Positions 50,122-57,433 of a stretch of 64,000 nt of DNA are shown here, piece by piece. The stretch's first letter is position 1; each line of letters starts with the position of its first letter. The DNA is from an uncultured Bacillota bacterium. GTDB lineage: Bacteria; Bacillota; Clostridia; Christensenellales; UBA1242. Below the pieces are notes generated by a model. The model had not been told where the DNA came from and did not search any database. It was given only the letters and a program-made list of their open reading frames with translations. The stretch covers positions 3,400 to 67,399 of the forward strand of contig CASFBF010000008.1 of NCBI GenBank assembly GCA_949292985.1. Direction: 5' to 3'. The position numbers were made by a program, and so were the translations under genes.

Positions 50122-50619
50122 TTACTTTTTTGAAGAGCCCAATGCGCCTTCTTGTCTTGATGAAGGAATATTTTTAAGTTGTTTATGTGATATTTCTTTA
50201 ATTTTCATTTTGTTTATTTTGTGAACAACGCCCTGAGCGATTGCTTTTTGATATGATATGTAAACAAAATTCTTATCTTTCATTTTTTCAATATCTTCAA
50301 AAGGCAGTTTTGAAATATAAAGCGGACAGTTATTTGCATTGTAAAGGCACACAAAAATTTCGCCTCGATAGCCACTGTCAACAACGCCTGCGCTTTTTTT
50401 CAAACCTTTAAAACCAGTAGAAGAGCGCTCTTCGATTTGCATATAGTGATTTTTAGGAAGGGCACAAGCGATACCCGAAGGGACGAGCTTAGTTTCAAAA
50501 GGCTCAAATTTAATATAATTTTCTTCAAAGCAAGCGTAAATATCATAGCCGGCGTCTTCGTCGCGCTTAGATGGAATTTTTGCGTCAGGTTTGATTTTTG
50601 CAAAATAAATTGTTTTCAT
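50122..50619 (-). CDS. dut: dUTP diphosphatase
   Basis: ..AKIPSKRDEDAGYDIYA.., ..GVVDSGYRGEI... Start at 50619 with a GGAGG RBS. Confidence 0.88.
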   Translation of the reverse strand: MKTIYFAKIKPDAKIPSKRDEDAGYDIYACFEENYIKFEPFETKLVPSGIACALPKNHYMQIEERSSTGFKGLKKSAGVVDSGYRGEIFVCLYNANNCPLYISKLPFEDIEKMKDKNFVYISYQKAIAQGVVHKINKMKIKEISHKQLKNIPSSRQEGALGSSKK

Positions 50620-50710
50620 GATTACCTCCAAAAAACTGTATAAGATATTTTGTTAATTTGATTATAACATAAAAGGTTTTAAAAAGAAATATAATGGAAA
50701 ACAAATTTAA

Positions 50711-50739
50711 TTGACAAAGGTAAAAACATATGATAAAAT
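50711..50739 (+). promoter_or_regulatory. SigA-type promoter of tRNA-Ser
   Basis: TTGACA, 17-nt spacer, TAAAAT. Confidence 0.6.
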
Positions 50740-50754
50740 AAACAACATCGGCGA

Positions 50755-50845
50755 GGGGAGATACTCAAGTGGTCGAAGAGGCGGCCCTGCTAAGGCTGTA
50801 GGTCGGGCAACCGGCGCGAGGGTTCAAATCCCTCTCTTCCCGCCA
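50755..50845 (+). tRNA. tRNA-Ser (anticodon GCT), type II with long variable arm
   Basis: Acceptor GGGGAGA/TCTTCCC, anticodon loop CTGCTAA, variable arm gtcgg-GCAA-ccggc, T arm GAGGG-TTCAAAT-CCCTC, discriminator G, CCA. Confidence 0.92.
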
Positions 50846-52361
50846 ATTGTGAGCAATCCGAACCCTTTGGGTTAGATTGCTCCTTTTTATTTTCTATATA
50901 TTCAATTTCTTGTGATATATTTGGCTTTTCACTTAATTTTAATTGCTTACTTTTATCACTTGTTATATTAAAGTAAATTTCACAATGGTCATCATATAAA
51001 ACAACTCTATTTACAAACATATCAATAAGTCTTTGTTTTGCATTTTCAAGAGAATAATCTAAATCTTTAAAAGATTTCAAATATTCATAAACAACTTGTT
51101 CACTTAATGGTTTGATTGTTAGCATTTGTCTGCTAGCAATTTTTTCTTTTATTTCTCGTATTCTAATTTCAAGTTCTTTCATTCTATCGTTTGTTGTGTT
51201 GTTAAATATTCCGTTTTCAAGAGCAGTTAGAATATTCTTTAACTTTTTGTTATTGTCTTGAAGTTCTTTATTTAAACTTTCTAAGATTGTATCTTTTTCA
51301 ATGCTTTTGTTGTATGTATCAGCCAATACTTTACTTATACTTTTTAAGTTTGTATGTTGCATAAATTCTTGAGTTGCAATTAAAACTTTTTCTTCTATGT
51401 AATTTTTAGAAACAGATTTCTTATCGCATTTAGATTTATTTTTCTTTTTTGTAAAGCATTTGTAATAATTGTAAATTGTGCCAAGTTTACCTTTGCCACT
51501 ATCTCCGGTCATTAAACTACCACATTTGCCACAAATTAACTTGCCACTTAAAAGATAATTAACTTCTGTTTTATGGTGAGCAGAAGTCCTTTTTGAAATC
51601 TTTAATTTTTCATTTACTTCATCAAAAAGTTGTTCACTTATTATTGCAGGAAAAATATTTGTGTAAACAGTACCATCAGCATATACGCAACCTTTGTAGT
51701 TTTCATTTCTTAATATTCTTGAAACAGAGTTTATTGTCCAATCTTTGCCGTATGCGTTCTTTATTCCTTTGTTATGCAAAATCTTTACAATGTCTTTAAT
51801 ACATTTACCACTTATGTATTCATCAAACATTAACTTAACAATGTTTGCTTGTTCTTCGTTAACACTTACTTTCTTGTCTATAACATTATATCCATAAGGA
51901 GTTCTGCCACCTGTAAAGAGTCCTTTTATTCTGCTTTCTTTTAGTCCACGTTTAACCTTTTGAGATAATTCAACAGAATAATACTCTGCAAGTCCAACGA
52001 GCACACTATCAAGCAAAATGCCTTCTGGTGCGTCTGAAATGTTTTCAGTTGCAGAAATCAACTTAACACCATTTTTAAGTAGTATTGCACGATTAACAGA
52101 GCTGTCATATCTTGACCTTGAAAACCTATCTAACTTATACACCAAAACAAAATCAAAACCTTTATTTTTGCTATCATATAGCATTTGTTGAAGTGCTGGC
52201 CTTTTGTCATTTGTTCCTGTCATAGCCCTGTCAATATATTCATTAACAACAATCAAACCATTTCTTTCAGCATATTCCTTGCACACTCTAAGTTGTCCAT
52301 CAATGCTTTGTTCTGTTTGACTATCACTTGAATATCTTGCATATATAACAGCTTTATTCAT
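50790..52361 (-). CDS. Large serine recombinase 1
   Basis: AVIYARYSSDSQTEQSIDGQ (catalytic Ser), LVYKLDRFSRS, recombinase domain, zinc ribbon CGKCGS..YYKC, coiled coil. The last ~25 codons and the stop lie antisense in the tRNA-Ser terminator and gene (..GFEPS..). Confidence 0.9.
   Translation of the reverse strand: MNKAVIYARYSSDSQTEQSIDGQLRVCKEYAERNGLIVVNEYIDRAMTGTNDKRPALQQMLYDSKNKGFDFVLVYKLDRFSRSRYDSSVNRAILLKNGVKLISATENISDAPEGILLDSVLVGLAEYYSVELSQKVKRGLKESRIKGLFTGGRTPYGYNVIDKKVSVNEEQANIVKLMFDEYISGKCIKDIVKILHNKGIKNAYGKDWTINSVSRILRNENYKGCVYADGTVYTNIFPAIISEQLFDEVNEKLKISKRTSAHHKTEVNYLLSGKLICGKCGSLMTGDSGKGKLGTIYNYYKCFTKKKNKSKCDKKSVSKNYIEEKVLIATQEFMQHTNLKSISKVLADTYNKSIEKDTILESLNKELQDNNKKLKNILTALENGIFNNTTNDRMKELEIRIREIKEKIASRQMLTIKPLSEQVVYEYLKSFKDLDYSLENAKQRLIDMFVNRVVLYDDHCEIYFNITSDKSKQLKLSEKPNISQEIEYIENKKEQSNPKGSDCSQLAGREGFEPSRRLPDLQP
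50851..50894 (+). terminator. Intrinsic terminator of tRNA-Ser
   Basis: gagcaatc..(aaccc-ttt-gggtt)..gattgctc compound stem, then CTTTTTATTTT. Confidence 0.7.
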
Positions 52362-52378
52362 ACTATTTCTCCCTTATA

Positions 52379-52702
52379 TTATTTATCAATAATTGTATCA
52401 TTTATTTTAATACCATTTTCAAATAGAATTTTTACAGAATTTGCATATAAAAAATCACTTGCTGTTATAAAACATTCTTCATAAGTATTTGGTGTTTTAG
52501 GATGAGCAATATTCCATATAATTGTTTCTAATGGATGCTTATATGTGATTTTCTGTATATGCTTAATCATTTTTTCAAATTCTTTGTTATAATATAAGTG
52601 ATATAGCTCATTTTTTTCGTTAATTATATCATCCAGATCTTTTATTCCTTTCCCAACATATTCCATAACTCTCTCAAAATTGATTTTACGATTTAATTGC
52701 AT
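52379..52702 (-). CDS. Hypothetical protein (107 aa), upstream of and co-transcribed with recombinase 1
   Basis: ORF 17 nt upstream of the recombinase. No motif recognised; could be a directionality or accessory factor. Confidence 0.45.
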   Translation of the reverse strand: MQLNRKINFERVMEYVGKGIKDLDDIINEKNELYHLYYNKEFEKMIKHIQKITYKHPLETIIWNIAHPKTPNTYEECFITASDFLYANSVKILFENGIKINDTIIDK

Positions 52703-52732
52703 TTTACCTCACAATTGTTTATAATTTATAAT

Positions 52733-52818
52733 ATTATAACGCTTAGATATAAAAATTGCAACAATTTATTCGTGCTCACGAATATTTTGTTGCAAAATAC
52801 CATTAAATGTTTTATAAT
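52733..52818. promoter_or_regulatory. Mirror-image divergent promoters sharing a 40-bp palindromic operator
   Basis: Imperfect palindrome ttgcaacaatttattcgtg-ct-cacgaatattttgttgcaa (52756-52795). Each arm holds a TTGCAA -35 box placed 17 nt from a TATAAT: 52813-18 on plus, 52738-33 on minus. Confidence 0.6.
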
Positions 52819-52848
52819 AATATTAAATTATTAAAAAGAGGATTTATT

Positions 52849-53064
52849 ATGAGCATATCTTATAACAAATTATGGAAATTGTTAATAGATAAAAAAATGA
52901 CAAAAACAGATTTAAGAATTAAAGCCGATATAGCAACTTCTACTTTAGCAAAATTAAGCAAAGATGAGCCTGTTAGCATGGATGTTCTTTTAAAAATTTG
53001 CAAATTATTTAATTGCAATATTTCTGAAATTATGGATGTGCAAGTTGAAGAGGTGAACAGATGA
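52849..53064 (+). CDS. XRE/Cro-type HTH regulator (controller-protein position of the R-M operon)
   Basis: 71 aa, MSISYNKLWKLLIDKKMTKTDL..STLAKLSK. AGAGG RBS. ATGA overlap with the m5C MTase. Confidence 0.75.
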   Translation: MSISYNKLWKLLIDKKMTKTDLRIKADIATSTLAKLSKDEPVSMDVLLKICKLFNCNISEIMDVQVEEVNR

Positions 53065-54215
53065 AAAAAACATACATATCTTTATTTAGTAGTGCAGGAG
53101 TTGGGTGTTACGGCTTTAAGCAGGAAAAGTTTGAATGCATAGCAACAAATGAACTTTTATCTCGAAGATTAGAAATTCAAAAATACAATCATAAATGCAA
53201 ATATGAAAGTGGATATATTTGTGGAGATATTTTGTTGGAAGAAACTAAAAGCAAAATTTTTAATGAAATAGATTTATGGAAACAAAAAGAAAAAATTGAA
53301 GATGTAACTACGATTATAGCTACACCACCTTGTCAAGGAATGTCTGTAGCAAATCATAAAAAGAAAGAAGAACAAAAGCGTAATTCTCTAGTCGTTGAAT
53401 CGCTAAAACTAATAAAAGAAATAAAACCCAAAACTTTTGTAATAGAAAATGTTCGAGCTTTTTTAAATACCATTTGCACAGATATTGATGGAACAAACAA
53501 AAGAATAGGTCAAGCTATATATGATAATTTGGATGCAATTTATAATATAGATTCCAGGGTTTTAAATTTTAAAGATTATGGTTCAAATTCAAGTAGAACA
53601 AGGACTTTAGTCATTGGCGTGAGAAAAGACTTAAACATAGATCCAAATTTGTTATTTCCAGTAAAACAAAAAGAAAAAACTATTCGTGAAGTAATTGGAG
53701 ATTTGCCTACTCTTATTCATATGGGAGAAATTGACAATGATGACATTTATCATTCATTCAGAAAATATAATAGCGAAATGCGTAATTGGATACATGATTT
53801 AAAAGAAGGACAATCTGCTTTTGACAACAAAGATATAAATAAAGTTCCACATTATTATAAAAACGGAGAAAAAATTTATTGTAAGAAGAAAAATGGAGAT
53901 AAATATACAAGACAATATTGGGATAAAGTTGCACCTTGTATTCACACAAGAAATGATATATTAGCAAGCCAAAATACTATACATCCTTCAGATGATAGAG
54001 TTTTTAGTGTTCGAGAACTAATGCGTTTTATGACAATACCAAACGATTTTAAATGGACAGACAAAACATTAAAAGAATTAAATTCATTGCCAAAAGAAGA
54101 AAAAGAAAAATTTATAAAACAAAACGATATTAACATAAGACAATCAATAGGAGAAGCTGTTCCAACTACAATTTTTCAGCAAATAGCTCAAAATATAAAA
54201 AAATATATAAAATGA
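53061..54215 (+). CDS. DNA (cytosine-5) methyltransferase
   Basis: Motif I LFSSAGVG, motif IV PPCQGMS, motif VI ENV, RTRTLVIG, motif X GEAVP. Confidence 0.9.
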   Translation: MKKTYISLFSSAGVGCYGFKQEKFECIATNELLSRRLEIQKYNHKCKYESGYICGDILLEETKSKIFNEIDLWKQKEKIEDVTTIIATPPCQGMSVANHKKKEEQKRNSLVVESLKLIKEIKPKTFVIENVRAFLNTICTDIDGTNKRIGQAIYDNLDAIYNIDSRVLNFKDYGSNSSRTRTLVIGVRKDLNIDPNLLFPVKQKEKTIREVIGDLPTLIHMGEIDNDDIYHSFRKYNSEMRNWIHDLKEGQSAFDNKDINKVPHYYKNGEKIYCKKKNGDKYTRQYWDKVAPCIHTRNDILASQNTIHPSDDRVFSVRELMRFMTIPNDFKWTDKTLKELNSLPKEEKEKFIKQNDINIRQSIGEAVPTTIFQQIAQNIKKYIK

Positions 54216-54222
54216 GACAATT

Positions 54223-55548
54223 ATGAAGAAAGAAATCGCAGAATTTATAAAAAAATACTCTTTAAAAAATTTAGAAGATTTATCGGCGACAATAGAAAAG
54301 TATAAGGATCAGTTAAAGCCTGAACTTATATATATTGCAGCTGACTTACTGAATCCTAATAAAGATAGGACGGCAGCTTATTATACCGATAGTATAATTT
54401 GTAAAGAAATATTTAAAGAATTGCCAACTTTTGAGAATAAAGAACATATACAAATACTTGAGCCATCAGTAGGTGCAGGAGCTTTTTTGCCTTTTATTGC
54501 AGAACATTTTAAATCAAAACAAATAGTTGAAATATGGATAAATGACATAGATCAATATGAATTAAAATTAGCCAAGTTAATTTTTGACACTTATTATAAA
54601 AAAAAATATCCAAATGTTGCTTTACAATTTTTTAATGATGATTATTTAAAGTTAGAAATAAAAAATAAAAAATTTGATTTAATAATTGGTAATCCACCCT
54701 ATCAAAAATTGAAACCAAATGATATGAATTGTGTTTTTTATAAAATGAAAAGTGGCATAACTAAATCAACTAATTTATTTGTATATTTTTTTAATAAGGC
54801 ATTAAATGACGGGGATTTTGTGTCATTTATCATTCCTAAAAGTATTCTAAATGCTCCAGAATATATTGAAATTAGAAACATACTAAATCAATATCATATT
54901 TCATCAATAATTGATTTTGGAGAAAAAGGATTTGATGGTGTAAAGATAGAAACTGTAAACATAATGGTTGATACAAAAAGTAAGCCACTACAAACCAAGG
55001 TTAAATCATTAACTCAAAATATTGAAATATTGCAGAATCAAGAATATATAACAGATAAAATATATCCTACATGGTTAATTTATAGGAATCAAAAATTTGA
55101 TGATTTTGCAAATACATTATCGCTTGGAATATTTCAATCATTTAGAGATAGGCAAATCACATCTAAAAAGTGTAAGCAATTTGGTAAATATAGGGTTTTA
55201 AGATCAAGGAATATTCAAACAAACAAAATAAAAAATATAGAAAATTATGATAAATATATAGATGTAATTGATAATTTGTCAGTATCTAAATTTTTAAATA
55301 AAAGTAATATTATATGTTTGCCTAATTTATCTTATAGTCCTAGAGCCTGTTTCTTACCTAAAGATTGCATTGCAGATGGGTCTGTTGCTTTGCTTGAAAG
55401 TAAGATTGAAATTAATGAAAAAGATTTAGAAATTTTTGAAACAAAAGAATTTAGAGAATATTATCATATAGCAAGAAACTATGGTACAAGATCACTAAAT
55501 ATTGACAGCAATTCAGTTTATTACTTTGGTATAAGGAGAAAAATATGA
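54223..55548 (+). CDS. N6-adenine DNA methyltransferase (gamma class, Eco57I/TaqI-like)
   Basis: Motif I ILEPSVGAGAFL, motif IV IIGNPPY, and a C-terminal target-recognition-like domain. Confidence 0.85.
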   Translation: MKKEIAEFIKKYSLKNLEDLSATIEKYKDQLKPELIYIAADLLNPNKDRTAAYYTDSIICKEIFKELPTFENKEHIQILEPSVGAGAFLPFIAEHFKSKQIVEIWINDIDQYELKLAKLIFDTYYKKKYPNVALQFFNDDYLKLEIKNKKFDLIIGNPPYQKLKPNDMNCVFYKMKSGITKSTNLFVYFFNKALNDGDFVSFIIPKSILNAPEYIEIRNILNQYHISSIIDFGEKGFDGVKIETVNIMVDTKSKPLQTKVKSLTQNIEILQNQEYITDKIYPTWLIYRNQKFDDFANTLSLGIFQSFRDRQITSKKCKQFGKYRVLRSRNIQTNKIKNIENYDKYIDVIDNLSVSKFLNKSNIICLPNLSYSPRACFLPKDCIADGSVALLESKIEINEKDLEIFETKEFREYYHIARNYGTRSLNIDSNSVYYFGIRRKI

Positions 55549-56798
55549 AATTTTTAACAGATAATGATATTGAAAAATTTATTAATGAACATGATTATGA
55601 CATTAGAAAAAGTGGAAATGCAAGATGGATAGATCAAAAGTGTACAGCAGATGTTATATGTATCATTGCAGATTGTATTTATAATTATATACAGACAAAT
55701 AAAAATCAATTTTCTTCCCGTGATATTTGGTATAGTGAATATTCTGTGCAAAATATACAATCAATCTTTAAAAAGGTTGATGTAACATCTTCTTCTGCAG
55801 AAAATGAATATGATAAATTTTTTCAACAACCAATGAAGATGCTCGCTTATGCTGGAGTATTATCAGAAACTAAAATAGGTAGAACTAATATTTATAAAGT
55901 AATAAATGAAGATATTTTACAATATTTGGCTATAAGAGAAAGAAATGTTCTAGTCTTTTTAAACTTGTATATAACAAAAGTCTTAAAAGATTCTAATCTA
56001 TATGATTGTTTTAATAAATTTTTCTTAAAACAAGACAAGCAAAGTTATAATTTTGTGAAACATAACTTTTATATATTTACAAAAAAATATACTGATATAG
56101 GGAATAAAACAAAAAACAATCCTGATGCAGGAAAAACAGAATGTGGAAGAATTTTTACAAAAGTTTTAAACCCCTTAGCTTATGCTAGAAATTTAAAAGG
56201 AAGTGAAAGAGGAACTATATCAAAGGATGTTATTTCTTATGATATGTTAATGTATAACAGGGATAATTTTAGAGATATTTATGCAAATAAACCAAAATCT
56301 ATATCACGCAAAGACTATGCAACCAAAATTAAATTTAAACCGAATCTTGCATACTTTTCTTATCAATCTATTAAGGCAAAAGCATTTCTTAAAAAATATA
56401 ACAATACATACAGAAATGGTCTGTCTGAAGTTTATGAAGAAAGTGAAAAAAATGTACCAGCAACACAAATCCATCATATTTTCCCTGAAAGTCAATTCCC
56501 TGAAATTTCTGGATATTATGAAAATTTAATTGCTTTAACGCCAAATCAACATTATATTAAAGCTCATCCAAACAATAATACACAACTAATAAATCGAGAT
56601 TACCAATATATATGTCTAGTTGCAAAAACATCAATTATTGAAGAAAATATAACAACAAGAACAACTATTAAAATCTATGAATTTTTCAAATTTTTATATG
56701 TACTGAGAATAGGGCTTGATGATGAGAGTTATGAGTCCATAGAAGACAATGATTTTAATGGTATATTAACAAAATTGGCGATTTCATATGGGAAGTAA
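55545..56798 (+). CDS. Putative restriction endonuclease with C-terminal HNH nuclease motif
   Basis: ATGA overlap with the MTase and an AAGGAG RBS. C-terminal IHHIFPES..YENLIALTPNQHYIKAH (H-N-H). N-terminal ..ARWIDQKCTADV.. domain of unknown family. Confidence 0.65.
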   Translation: MKFLTDNDIEKFINEHDYDIRKSGNARWIDQKCTADVICIIADCIYNYIQTNKNQFSSRDIWYSEYSVQNIQSIFKKVDVTSSSAENEYDKFFQQPMKMLAYAGVLSETKIGRTNIYKVINEDILQYLAIRERNVLVFLNLYITKVLKDSNLYDCFNKFFLKQDKQSYNFVKHNFYIFTKKYTDIGNKTKNNPDAGKTECGRIFTKVLNPLAYARNLKGSERGTISKDVISYDMLMYNRDNFRDIYANKPKSISRKDYATKIKFKPNLAYFSYQSIKAKAFLKKYNNTYRNGLSEVYEESEKNVPATQIHHIFPESQFPEISGYYENLIALTPNQHYIKAHPNNNTQLINRDYQYICLVAKTSIIEENITTRTTIKIYEFFKFLYVLRIGLDDESYESIEDNDFNGILTKLAISYGK

Positions 56799-56946
56799 TG
56801 ATATACTTATGTTTTTTATTAGAAGCAGGATAAGGAAATAGACTCAAAATCGTTTTTTAGGTGTGAAGAAGCTTTATATAATAAGCCTTTCTGATGATTC
56901 ATCCCTAAAAAGCCAAAGTTTCACTTTTGAGTCATTTCCCCTTATT

Positions 56947-56979
56947 AGACCAAGTGGGATACCCACTTGTCTTTTTTTG
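56947..56979 (+). terminator. Intrinsic terminator downstream of the R-M operon
   Basis: caagtggg-ata-cccacttg stem (plus extension), then T7. Confidence 0.7.
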
Positions 56980-57076
56980 TCGAAAATATAGTAATGTGAT
57001 AAGAAAAATGTTATAATAAGTGTGGACTTTAAAAGTCCATATTTGATAGTATATTGTTCGTTCATTAAACATAAGA

Positions 57077-57325
57077 ATGTTTAACTTAAAACAAACTATC
57101 AAACAAAAATGTTTTATTGATTGTACGGATATAGATGAAAACACTGCTGTTTTCGATTTTAATTCAAATGAACTAAAATTAGGTAAAGTTAATTTAAACT
57201 CAAAGCAGATAGAGAAAATATCTTTTCTTCTTGCTCATGATTTAAAAACCTTTGCCGAAACAAACGGCGACTTTTCAAACCTATCAGCAAATACTGTCTA
57301 TACACATTTGCAAAACAATCAATAA
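57077..57325 (+). CDS. Hypothetical small protein (82 aa), doubtful
   Basis: ORF without a clear RBS. Followed by its own terminator. Confidence 0.3.
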   Translation: MFNLKQTIKQKCFIDCTDIDENTAVFDFNSNELKLGKVNLNSKQIEKISFLLAHDLKTFAETNGDFSNLSANTVYTHLQNNQ

Positions 57326-57334
57326 AACCCCAAA

Positions 57335-57366
57335 AGAAGGACTATAGAAAAAGTCCTTCTTTTTTG
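57335..57366 (+). terminator. Intrinsic terminator
   Basis: agaaggact-8nt-agtccttct stem plus T-run. Confidence 0.7.
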
Positions 57367-57376
57367 TTGTTCCTTA

Positions 57377-57405
57377 TTGGAAAAAACTGGCAAATATGCT
57401 ATAAT
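57377..57405 (+). promoter_or_regulatory. SigA-type promoter (extended -10) of the ATPase-TOPRIM gene
   Basis: TTGGAA, 17-nt spacer, TGcTATAAT. An AAGGAG RBS precedes the ATG at 57434. Confidence 0.6.
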
Positions 57406-57433
57406 CTTTATAAGTTGCGAAGGAGAAATTTTT

